DNA of 64,000 nucleotides from an uncultured Actinomycetes bacterium (GCA_963815645.1 CAWFHL010000004.1:141416-205415); one strand, 5' to 3'; counted from the stretch's first letter, positions 40,955 through 49,995 are shown. The notes: generated from the sequence alone by a model not told the origin. Numbers and translations are program-made.

Positions 40955-41668
40955 TCAGCGGCCCTGCGAGCCGAGGGTGAAGGTGTTCAGACCGAAGCCG
41001 CCGTCGATCCCGATCGCCTGCCCGGTGAGGAAGCCCGCCTGCTCCGAGGCGAGGTAGGCGGCGAGCGCGGCGATCTCCGCCGGTTCGGCCATCCGCCCGG
41101 CTGGAATCGCCCGGTCGAGCTGATCGAGGATCTCGGCCGGCATTGCCCTCACCTTCTCCGTGGCCACCATCCCCGGCAGGATCGCGTTGGCGGTGATCCC
41201 CCGGCCGGCGTTCTCGGCGGCGATCGTCTTCACCATCCCGATCAGGCCCGCCTTCGAGGCCGAGTAGGCGACCTGGCCGGGGAGGCCGCCGGTCGCGGCG
41301 CCGCTGGAGATCACCACGATCCGCCCCCAGCGGCGCTCGCGCATCCCCGCGAGGCAGGCCTGCACGGCGCGGAAGGCGCCGCTCAGGTTGACCTCGATGT
41401 CGCGGGTCCACTGCTCGGCGCTCATCTTGTGGGCCGGGGCGATCGTGTCGGTGATCGCCGCGTTGGAGACGCAGATGTCGACCTCTCCGAGATCGGGGAG
41501 CGGGTCGGCGGCGAGGTCGACGGTGAGGTCGCAACCGGGGTCTCGATCGAGGGTGATCAGCTCGGCGCCCGCCTCACCGAGTTGCTCGGCGATCGCAGCG
41601 CCGATGCCCCGGGCGGCTCCGGTTATCAGGGCTCGCCGCCCGGTCAGGTCTGGCGCGGCGCCGCTCAC
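40955..41668 (-). CDS. Short-chain dehydrogenase/reductase (SDR)
   Basis: GRRALITGAARGIGAAIA (TGxxxGxG), NAA, YSASKAGLIGM (YxxxK), PGMVAT. The GTG start at 41668 overlaps the stop of the upstream hydratase gene (GTGA). Confidence 0.85.
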   Translation of the reverse strand: MSGAAPDLTGRRALITGAARGIGAAIAEQLGEAGAELITLDRDPGCDLTVDLAADPLPDLGEVDICVSNAAITDTIAPAHKMSAEQWTRDIEVNLSGAFRAVQACLAGMRERRWGRIVVISSGAATGGLPGQVAYSASKAGLIGMVKTIAAENAGRGITANAILPGMVATEKVRAMPAEILDQLDRAIPAGRMAEPAEIAALAAYLASEQAGFLTGQAIGIDGGFGLNTFTLGSQGR

Positions 41669-42474
41669 AGCTCGGTCCGGTGCTCGCCGGCCCGGCCGGC
41701 GTCGCTCTTCTCGTAGAAGCGGCCCAGCAGCTCCAGGGTCTCCGCCGGGTCGGCGCAGGTGTAGGCGTTCCAGGCCTCGTTTCGGAGCTGCTCGTCGAGC
41801 GGCCGGCCGATCGTGTCGAGGATCGTCTGCTTGGCCGAGCGCACCGCGCGCTGCGAGTTGCGGAGGATCTGCGCGGCCACCGCTCTCGGCCTCCTCGATC
41901 AGGCGATCGTGGGGGACGACCTTGGTCACCAGGCCCCAGCTCAGGGCCTGCTCGGCGTCGACCGGCTCGGCGGTCAGCAGCATGTGCGAGGCGACGCCCG
42001 TGCCGCAGGCGTTGACCAGCCGGACGAGGCCGCCGTCGCCGTGGTGGAAGCCGCGCCGGGCCTCGAAGGAGCCGAACATCGCCCGCTCGGAGGCGATCCG
42101 GATGTCGCAGGCGAGGGCGGTCTCGAGGCCGCCGGCGAGGGCCCAGCCGTTGACCGCGGCGATGATCGGCTTGTAGATCCGGTGCATGCCCGCGGGTGAA
42201 GCCGTTGAGGCCGAGCTCGACGATCTCGCGGATCTCCGCCGGCCTGGCGCTCTCCATGATCGGCGGGATGTAGGTCTTCAGGTCGGCGCCGGCGCAGAAC
42301 GCCTCGCCGGCCCCGGTGAGGATCGCGACGTCGACCGCGTCGTCGTCGCGGAAGTCCGCCCAGGTCTCGATCATCAGCCGGTGCACGTCGGGGTCGATCG
42401 CGTTCCGCGCCTCCGGGCCGGTTGATCGTCACGTAGGCGATCCGCTCGCGCTTCTCGTAGAGCACCTTCGACAT
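41665..42474 (-). CDS. Enoyl-CoA hydratase/isomerase (crotonase) family protein; three frame breaks as sequenced
   Basis: MSKVLYEKRERIAYVTINRP | EARNAIDPDVHRLM..AILTGAGEAFCAGADLK.. | MHRIYKPIIAAVNGWALAGGLETALACDIRIAS.. | ..AAQILRNSQRAVRSAKQ... Breaks at ~42414, ~42190 and ~41880. The 410-aa ORF 40955..42187 is an artefactual fusion with the SDR. Confidence 0.8.
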
Positions 42475-42581
42475 CCGCCGCTCCTTTTCCTCGGGAGGCC
42501 GATGCTATGCGCTGAGCAGGGAGCCGACCTCGGCGGCGATCTCGGCTTCCTCGCGGGCGACTTGAAGCCAGGTCCCGCGGA

Positions 42582-42893
42582 TCACGTTCTCCAGCAGAGC
42601 CGCAGGAATCGCACCTCCAGCTCGCTACGCGTGAAGTCGGGCTCGCGCATGGCGTCGATCGCCGCGCGCAGGCGACGGACGCCGCGCCGGCCCCGGGAGC
42701 GCTGTGGCAACTCGTCGATCGCGCTCAGGTCGAAGACGCGCAGGACCTCGGCTTCCCGGCCACGTCGATCCTGGCGCCGTCTTCCCGCAGCAATCCCCAC
42801 AGCGCTGCCGCGGAGCGGTGAGGGAGCCGGCGATCTTCCGGTCCGGGCATTGATGGGTGGGTTCCGGCCAGCATTTCGTCGTTTCCCACCCAT
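42582..42893 (-). pseudogene. Decayed remnant of a DUF559/AbiEi-type (endonuclease-domain) gene
   Basis: Fragments ..RLPHRSAAALWGLL.. (one frame) and ..GRRGVRRLRAAIDAMREPDFTRSELEVRFLRLC.. (another frame) match the usual N-terminal and linker motifs of this family. The endonuclease core is absent and a stop follows at 42582. Confidence 0.4.
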
Positions 42894-43016
42894 CGGCGGT
42901 CACCGGGCCAGGGTGGCGGGATGAGGCTCGCCTTTGGCGCCCGAAGTTGCTCTGGACCTTCACGGCCCCGTCAAATGTCCGTGAAGGGCGGGTGCCCGGG
43001 CGCCGGGGTCGCCGCC

Positions 43017-43561
43017 CTACTCGTAGACGGCACGGATCACGGCCAGGTCGTCGGCCTCCCAGACGACCTCGCCGTCGCACCACTCGGCCAGGTCGGCGGC
43101 GGAGTCCGGGAAGTCGTGGGCCGGGTCGATCGGGGTCACCTGCCGCTCGGCTTTGACCACGTCGCCGATCACCAAGCGCTCGCGACTGCTCCCGGACACG
43201 CCGGAACAGGGTTCGCTTCGCCTCGTCGTCGAGGTGGTGGACCGAGAGGACGGAGATCGACCAGGTCCCAGGGGCCGTCGGGAAGGGGATCCTCCATCCG
43301 CGCCAGCTGGACGTCGTCGTAGGTCTCCCGGGCCCGGAAGACCATCTCCGGGCTCGAGTCGAGACCGATCACCCAGGCGTCGGGGAAGGTCTCCAGAAGG
43401 CGGTCGGTGGTCTCGCCGGTCCCCATTCCCAGCTCCAGCACCCGGTCGGGCGGGAAGGGGATCGCCGCCACCGCCTCGCGCTGGAGTTCGTCGTATCGGG
43501 GGACCTCGGCGCGGATCCGCTCCAGGTAGGTCTCCGGTTTCCAGTGGAACTGGGCGTTCAT
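43017..43561 (-). CDS. Class I SAM-dependent methyltransferase; one frame break as sequenced
   Basis: ATG at 43561 (MNAQFHWKPETYLERIR..), VLELGMGTGETT (motif I), VIGLDSSPEM. The break at ~43262 joins to ..ISVLSVHHLDDEAKRTLF... ending at 43017. Confidence 0.7.
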
Positions 43562-43608
43562 GGCTAATCTCGAAAGGGCGCCCATCGTAGTCGGCTCCGG
43601 CGCCGCGG

Positions 43609-44126
43609 ATGACAGCCCAGCCCAAGACGACCTTCGACCTCGCCAGCCTGCAGCTCTCACACGGCGAGGGGCGCTCGGTCGAGCTCCCCGTCGCGGATCG
43701 GCGAGCTCGAGGTCGGCGGTCAGGTCTACCGCGCGATGCCCGATCCGGCTTGCTGCCCGCCTCGACGTCTCCCGCACCCGCACCGGGCACGCGATGCGGC
43801 TGCGCTTCGACCTCGGTCTGGAGGGCCCCTGCATGCGCTGCCTCGAGCCGGCGAGCCTGGATATGGCGATCGACGCGCGCGAGGTCGATCAGCCCGGCGA
43901 CGAGGAGCTGCTCAGCCCTTACGTCAGCGAGGGTGAGCTCGACATCGGCCACTGGGCCCACGACGCGGTCGCCCTGGCGATGCCCGAGCGCGTCCTCTGC
44001 CGTCCCGATTGCGCCGGACTCTGCCCGGTCTGCGGGGTCTCGCTGAACGACGCCGATCCGGCCGAGCACGAGCACGGTGGCGGCGTCGATCCGCGCTGGG
44101 CGAAGCTGCGCGAGCTCGATCTCTGA
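43609..44126 (+). CDS. yceD: YceD/DUF177 family protein (large-subunit rRNA accumulation protein); two frame breaks as sequenced
   Basis: Canonical position upstream of rpmF. C-terminal CxxC...CxxC (GPCMRCLEPA ... CRPDCAGLCPVCG) and WAKLRELDL. Breaks at ~43690 and ~43748. Confidence 0.75.
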
Positions 44127-44167
44127 TCGGGCACCGCTGATGCCCGGCAGCTACCATGTCCGCCCCG

Positions 44168-44380
44168 ATGGCGGTACCGAAGAAGAGAACCTCGCGCACC
44201 CGGCGCGACAAGCGGCGCGCCAACCACACCGCGTCCAAGCCGCGCCTCAACGAGTGCCCGCGCTGCCACAGCCCGCGGCTTCCCCACCGCGTCTGCCCCA
44301 CCTGCGGCACCTACGCGGGGCGTGAGGTGATCACGCACACGATCGCCGAGCCCCCCGCGGCTCCCAGCTCGGAGGAGTAG
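44168..44380 (+). CDS. rpmF: 50S ribosomal protein L32
   Basis: MAVPKKRTSRTRRDKRRANH...CPRCHSPRLPHRVCPTCGTY. An alternative ATG lies at 44156. Confidence 0.9.
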   Translation: MAVPKKRTSRTRRDKRRANHTASKPRLNECPRCHSPRLPHRVCPTCGTYAGREVITHTIAEPPAAPSSEE

Positions 44381-45411
44381 TGCCCGAGCAGGCCGGCGTC
44401 ACCGTGGCCCTCGATGGCTTCGGGGCCGAGCAGGGCTTCGACGTACTCGCCGAGGGCGCCAGGCTCGCAGCCGCAGACGGGATCGGGGTGCGCGTCTTCG
44501 GCCCCCCGGCGGAGCTCTCGCTCGACCTGGTCGAGGGGATCGAGGTGATCGCGACCAGCGAGTGGGTCTCCAACCGAGGACGACCCGGTGAAGGCCGTGC
44601 GCTCCCGCGAAGGCGCCTCGATCGTCCGCGCCGCCGCCGACGTCGCCGGCGGGGGCAGCGACGCCCTGGCCAGCGTCGGCTCGACCGGCGCCGCGATGGC
44701 CGCCGCCACCTTCGGCCTGCGGCGCCTGCACGGGGTGCAGCGCCCGGCGCTCGCCGTGCGGGTGCCGGTGCCGGGCAAGCCCGTCCTCTTCCTCGATGTC
44801 GGCGCCAACGTCGTCGTCCGCCCTCAGCACCTGGTCCAGTTCGCCTTCCTCGGCGCCGCCTTCAGCGAGGCGGTGCTGGGCGTCGAGCGGCCCCGGGTCG
44901 GGCTGCTCTCCGTCGGCGAGGAGGCGGGCAAGGGCTCATCCGACGTGGTCGACGGCCCACGACCTCCTCAGCAAGGCTCACGGGATCGACTTCATCGGCA
45001 ACGTCGAGGGTCGCGACATCCCTGAGGGAGCCGCGGACGTGATCGTCACCGACGGGTTCACCGGCAACATCTCGCTGAAGCTGATGGAGGGCACGGCGAG
45101 GACGGTGACCGCGGCGATCCGCGATGCGGCCCGCTCGAACCCGATGGCCGCGGCCGGCGGCCTGCTGATGCGCCAGGCGCTGGCCGAGGTGCGACGCGAG
45201 CTCGACCCCGACACCACCGGTGGCGCGATCCTCCTCGGCCTGCGCCGGATCGCGGTCGTCGGGCACGGCAGCTCAGGCCCCGAGGGGGTCGCGAACGTCG
45301 ATACGCCTCGCCGCCCGCAGCGTCGAGGTGCGGGCGATCGAGCAGACCTCGGCGCTGCTCGAGCAGGGCGGTGCGACCCGGGGCGCCCTCGCCGGCGAGG
45401 TGCCGGCGTGA
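44380..45411 (+). CDS. plsX: Phosphate acyltransferase PlsX; three frame breaks as sequenced
   Basis: VALDGFGAE.G, ..DPVKAVRSREGASI..SVGSTGAAMAAA.., LLSVGEEAGKG, DFIGNVEGRDI, VIVTDGFTGNISLK, GHGSS. Breaks at ~44573, ~44955 and ~45298. Confidence 0.85.
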
Positions 45412-45424
45412 TAGGAAGTCGGAG

Positions 45425-45670
45425 ATGACTCGCGAGGAAGTCATGGCGCTGGTCCGCGAGCACCTGGCGGAGGAGCTCGAGCTGGACATCGAGCGGATCA
45501 CCGCGGAGTCGCGCTTCAAGGAGGACCTCGACGCCGACTCGCTCGACCTCTACGAGCTGGTGATGGAGCTCGAGGATCGCTACGGGGTCTCGGTGCCCGA
45601 GGAGGACGCGGCGCGGATCAAGACCGTAGGCGACGCGGTCGACTTCGTCGTCCAGCACGCTCCCGCCTAG
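45425..45670 (+). CDS. acpP: Acyl carrier protein
   Basis: FKEDLDADSLDLYELVMELEDRYGV (DSLD phosphopantetheine site). ATG 45425 is preceded by GGAAGTCGGAG. Confidence 0.9.
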   Translation: MTREEVMALVREHLAEELELDIERITAESRFKEDLDADSLDLYELVMELEDRYGVSVPEEDAARIKTVGDAVDFVVQHAPA

Positions 45671-45674
45671 GGCT

Positions 45675-46369
45675 GTGGGATCCGACCTCGAACGACCGGT
45701 CGCCTCGCTCGAGGCGCTGGTGGCCGGGCTGCCCGGCGACCTGCGCACCCAGGCGCTCACCCACTCCTCCTGGACCGCGGAGCGATCCGCCTCCTACGAG
45801 CGCCTCGCCTTCATCGGCGACAGCGTCCTCGGCCTGGCCGTCGCGGCCGAGGTCTTCGCCCGCTTCCCCGACTACGGCGTCGGCGCCCTGACGAAGATCC
45901 GAAACCAGGCGGTCAGCGGGATCTCTTGCGCCGCGGTCGGTCGGTCGCTCGGCGTCGCCGAGATGCTCGAGTGCGACGGAGACCGGCGCAGCCAACGCGA
46001 TCCCGGCGGCCGTCCTGCTCGAGGGGGAGCGGCCGCTACCCGAGGTGACCGAGGCGCTGATCGGCGCCTGCTTCCTCGCCTTCGGCTTCGAGCGCACCGC
46101 GGCCGCCGTCGCCGAGGCGTTTCGAGCCGCGGATCTCGCTGGCGGTCGAGAAGCGGATCGACTTCAAGTCGGCCCTCCAGGAGATGCTGGCGCGACAGCG
46201 GCGACACGGTGAGCTACGAGGTGGTCAGCGAGCAGGGCCCCCCGCACGAGCGCTTCGAGGTTACGGCGATGGTCGGCGAGGAGCGAGATGGGGCGCGGCT
46301 CGGGGCGCAGCAAGAAGGCGGCCGAGCAGGTCGCCGCCGAGCAGGCCCTGGAGGCGCTCGGCGGGCTGA
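45675..46369 (+). CDS. rnc: Ribonuclease III; four to five frame breaks as sequenced, 3' end unresolved
   Basis: ALTHSSW, ERLAFIGDSVLGL (signature), EALIGACFL, DFKSALQE, YEVVSEQGPPHERFEV, GRGSGRSKKAAEQVAAEQAL (dsRBD). Frames change at ~45975, ~46133, ~46195 and ~46285. The final frame has no stop before the smc ATG. Confidence 0.8.
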
Positions 46370-46425
46370 GACCGCCGCGGTCCCGATTCGCGTCCGATCG
46401 AACCGCGAGCCTTGATACTGCGCAG

Positions 46426-48794
46426 ATGTACCTGAAATCGATCAGCCTCAAGGGATTCAAGTCCTTCCCCGAGCGGACGAGGCTGCACTTCTCGCCCGGC
46501 GTCAGCGTGATCGTCGGCCCCAACGGCTCGGGCAAGTCGAACATCACCGACGCGGTGCTCTGGGCCCTCGGCGAGCAGAGCCCGGGAGCGGTGCGGGGGT
46601 CTTCGATGCAGGACGTGATCTCCGCCGGAGGCAGCGGGGTCGGCAGCCGCCGCCGCGCCGAGGTCGAGGTCGTGATCGACAACTCCGAGGGGCGGGCGGC
46701 GACGGACTTCTCGGAGATCTCGATCGAGCGCCGGCTCGACCGCGCCGGGGAGGGCACCTACCGGCTGAACGGCGCCCGCTGCCGCCTGGTCGACGTGGTC
46801 GAGGTCCTCTCGGACACCAACATGGGCCGCGAGATGCACTCGGTGATCAGCCAGGGCCGGGTCGAGTCGATCGTGCACTCGAAGCCGCGGGAAAGGCGGA
46901 TGCTGATCGAGGAGGCGGCCGGGCTCGGGAAGCACCGCAAGCGCCGCCGCCGCGCCGAGCTGAAGCTGAAGGCGACCCGGGAGAACCTCGACCGCGCCCT
47001 CGACGTCGAGCGCGAGGCACGCTCGCGGCTGCGTCCGCTGAAGCGCCAGGCGCAGGCGGCGGAGCTCGGCGCGCGGATCGAGCGCGAGGAGCTGGGGCTG
47101 CGGGCGCAGGTGGTCGCGGAGGAGCTTCGCTTCGGCGAGCAGAGGCTGGCGGCGGCGGCGGAGGTCGCCGGCAAGGCGCGGTCGGTGCGCGAGGGAATCG
47201 AGCGGCAGCTGGCCGAGGTCAGCGCTCGGCGGCGGGCAGCGGAAGAGCGGTTCGCCGAGCGCGACCGCGAGCGAACCCTCGCCTGGGGCCTGCTCACCAA
47301 CCTGCGCAGCGACGCCGAGCGGGTCGCGGTCCGCGAAGCCAATCTCGCCGACCGCGCCGTGCGAGCTCGAGGCGAGGCTCGATCGCCTCCGCACCGAGCT
47401 CGGTCCGCTGACCCTCGACATCGAGAGTGGCGGCGGGACCCCCGGCGAGCGTGCCAGCCAGCTCGAGCAGGAGCTGGGTGAGGTGGAGGCCGGGCTGGCC
47501 GCCGCGTCCGAGGGGCTCGGGCGCGCCCGCGCCGAAGCTTCGGAGGCGGCGAGGGCGAGCGCCCTCGGCGCCGTTCAGGTCGGCGCCGAGCGGGCCTCGC
47601 GCCACGCCCGGCGCGCCGAAGGCCTGCTCGGGGAGCGCCACCGCGAGCGGCTGCGGACGCTGGTCGCCGAGGCCGAGGAGCTGCTCGTGGCCGTGGGCGC
47701 CGCCTCGGCCGCGGTCGAGGCCGTCGGCGCGGCGCTGCGGCGGCGGATCGGCTCCGCCGAGGCGAAGGTCGTCGGCGGCGAGGGCGAGGGCGACGAGATC
47801 GCCGAGGAGATGCGCGCCTGCTCGCAGCGCGAGGCCGAGCTGCAGGCCGAGATGAAGGGGCTCTCCGACGAGCTGACCAGGGCGGAGGTCGATGCCGCCC
47901 ACCTCGGCGACCGGCGCTCGGAGGCCGCCAAGGAGCTGGCCGAGATCGGCGAGAGGCTGGGCGAGGAGATCGGGCCGGCGGAGCGGCCGCTGACCGACGC
48001 CGAGCGCGAGGAGATCGACCGGCGCCTGCAGCGGCTGGAGCGGCGCCGCTCCCAGATCGGACCTGTCAACCCGCTCGCCGAGCGCGAGTACGAGGAGGCC
48101 CGCGACTCACGTCTCCGACCTCCAGGGCCAGCGCGAGGACACGGCCAGGGCTCTGTCCGAGCTGCAGTCGCTGATCGTCGAGATCGACCGAGGAGATCGA
48201 GCGCGCCTTCGAGGAGACCTTCGAGGCAACCGCGAAGAACTTCGAGGAGATGGTCGAGCACCTCTTCCCCGGGGGCCGGGGGAAGCTGCGGCGGGTCTCG
48301 CTGCGGCCGGTCGCGGAGGAGGGCGGAGATCGACGGAGGCGAGCGGTGTCTCCGAGGAGGAGGAGGACGGCTCGGAGCGCGAGGTGCTCGGGGTCGAGAT
48401 CGAGGTGACCCCGGCCGGGAAGTCGACCCGCAAGCTCTCGCTGCTCTCCGGCGGCGAGAAGTCGCTGGTTGCGCTCGGCTTCGTCTTCGCGGTCTTCCTG
48501 GCGCGACCCTGCCCCTTCTACATCCTCGACGAGGTCGAGGCCGCTCTGGACGATGCCAACATCGACCGCTTCCTGCAGTTGATCCGGCGCTTCTCCGACC
48601 GCGCCCAGTTCGTGATCGTCACCCACCAGAAGCGGACGATGGAGGCGGCCGACGTCCTCTATGGCGTCAGCATGGGGGGCGACGGGGTCACCAAGGTCGT
48701 CTCCCGACGGCTGCCTCGCGACGAGGAAGCCGCCACCGATGCGCCGCCTCCGTTCGCCGGGATCGAAGCGGACGAGGCGACCGAGGCCGCCTGA
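46426..48794 (+). CDS. smc: Chromosome partition protein SMC (unusually short, no recognisable hinge); about four frame breaks as sequenced
   Basis: MYLKSISLKGFKSF...GPNGSGKSNI (N-head). PVNPLAEREYEE, LSLLSGGEKSLVALGFVFA, FYILDEVEAALDDAN, VTHQKRTM (C-head). Frames change at ~47360, ~48107, ~48190 and ~48330. Canonical rnc-smc-ftsY synteny. Confidence 0.8.
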
Positions 48795-48806
48795 AGCGGG
48801 TCCCCG

Positions 48807-49814
48807 GTGCCAACCAGCTGGCAGGAGATCCTCGATCTCGGCCGCCGGGAGGATCCCGCGGCGAATCGGGAGGGCGCGGAGGACGAGGCCGCCGCGGAGG
48901 GTCGCGGGATGTTGAGGCGCCTTCGCGAGAGCCTCTCCCGAAGCCGGCAGGCGCTCGGCGAGGAGATCTCTGCCAGCCTCTTCGACCGGATCGACGAGCA
49001 GACCTGGGAGCGTCTCGAGGAGGCGCTGATCCTCGCCGACGTGGGCGCGCCGACCACCGCTGAGGTGGTCGGCGGGCTCGAGCGGGAGGTCGAGTCGGGG
49101 GCGGTCGGCGCCGACGGAACCGCGATCCGCCAGCGGCTGATCGAGATGCTCGCCGAGATCGCCGCCGCAGGCGAACGCCGGATCGACCTCAGCGCCGAGC
49201 CTGCCGTTCTGCTGATGGTCGGGGTCAACGGCACCGGAAAGACGACGACGATCGGCAAGGTCGCCTGGCACCTCGGCAACGAGTTCGGCCTCGACGTCGT
49301 CCTCGGCGCCGCCGACACCTACCGGGCGGCGGCGACCGAGCAGCTCGCCGAGTGGGCCGGGCGGGCGGGCGCCGACCTGGTTCGCTCGGCCGCCGGCGCC
49401 GATCCCGGCGCGGTCGCCTTCGATGCGATCGCCGCGGCCAGGGCCCGCTCGGCCGACGTCGTGATCATCGACACAGCGGGTCGCCTCCACACCCAGGGGA
49501 ACCTGATGGACGAGCTGGCGAAGGTGCGACGGGTGATCGGAAAGCAGATCCCCGATGCGCCGCACGAGACGCTGATCACGATCGACGCGACAACCGGCCA
49601 GAACGGGCTCCGGCAGGCGAAGGTGTTCTCCGAGGCGGTCGCCCTCGACGGGGTGGTTCTGACCAAGCTCGACGGGACCGCGAAGGGCGGCATCACCCTG
49701 GCGATCGCCGCCGAGCTGGGGATCCCGGTGAAGCTGATCGGCACCGGCGAGGGTCTCGAGGACCTGAGGCCGTTCGACCCGCTGGATTTCGCCACCGCGT
49801 TGCTCGGTAATTGA
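48807..49814 (+). CDS. ftsY: Signal recognition particle receptor FtsY
   Basis: Intact. LLMVGVNGTGKTTTIGK, DTAGRLH, TKLDGTAKGG. An alternative ATG start lies at 48909. Confidence 0.9.
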   Translation: MPTSWQEILDLGRREDPAANREGAEDEAAAEGRGMLRRLRESLSRSRQALGEEISASLFDRIDEQTWERLEEALILADVGAPTTAEVVGGLEREVESGAVGADGTAIRQRLIEMLAEIAAAGERRIDLSAEPAVLLMVGVNGTGKTTTIGKVAWHLGNEFGLDVVLGAADTYRAAATEQLAEWAGRAGADLVRSAAGADPGAVAFDAIAAARARSADVVIIDTAGRLHTQGNLMDELAKVRRVIGKQIPDAPHETLITIDATTGQNGLRQAKVFSEAVALDGVVLTKLDGTAKGGITLAIAAELGIPVKLIGTGEGLEDLRPFDPLDFATALLGN

Positions 49815-49995
49815 TTGCCGGCGCGGTGTTAGCGCCGGCAGAGGCATGTGAGGCGGCGAAGCCGCCGCAATTAATCAAAGATTGCCGGCGCGGTGTTAGC
49901 GCCGGCAGAGGCATGTGAGGCGGCGAAGCCGCCGCAATTAGTCCCCAGTCTGCCCGCGCGGCATGGGCGGCGGCAAAGCCGCCGCAATTGACTCA
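49811..49995. repeat. Tandem array of the double-hairpin repeat: two 100%-identical 60-nt units plus a degenerate third unit
   Basis: ATTGCCGGCGCGGTGTTAGCGCCGGCAGAGGCATGTGAGGCGGCGAAGCCGCCGCAATTA occurs at 49814..49873 and 49881..49940 (period 67 nt). A partial copy GCCCGCGCGGCATGGGCGGCGGCAAAGCCGCCGCAATTG lies at ~49952..49990. Hairpin 1 is TGCCGGCGC-GGTGTTA-GCGCCGGCA; hairpin 2 is GGCGGC-GAA-GCCGCC. Confidence 0.9.

Noticed and set aside
40955-42187. 410-aa minus-strand ORF suggesting a crotonase-SDR fusion
   Set aside because: The crotonase reading frame is broken at ~41880. The out-of-frame continuation runs into the SDR gene. In the corrected frame the crotonase ends with TGA at 41665, overlapping the SDR GTG start.
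42480-43016. Mobile element, insertion sequence or prophage junction
   Set aside because: There is no transposase, integrase, terminal inverted repeat or target duplication. Only decayed fragments of a DUF559/AbiEi-type gene are present.
32211-48794. Programmed ribosomal frameshifting or genuine mass pseudogenisation as the explanation for the frame breaks
   Set aside because: There are no slippery heptamers or downstream pseudoknots at the break sites. The breaks hit many unrelated essential genes, several sit in homopolymers, and the flanking sequence shows no other decay. Sequence error is far more parsimonious, but it must be confirmed with reads.
49811-49995. Possible CRISPR array
   Set aside because: There are only two full units plus a fragment. 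The 'spacers' are 7-11 nt, the units are 60 nt and internally double-hairpinned, and there are no cas genes or leader. The same unit occurs singly or in diverged pairs elsewhere. It is a dispersed repeat, not CRISPR.
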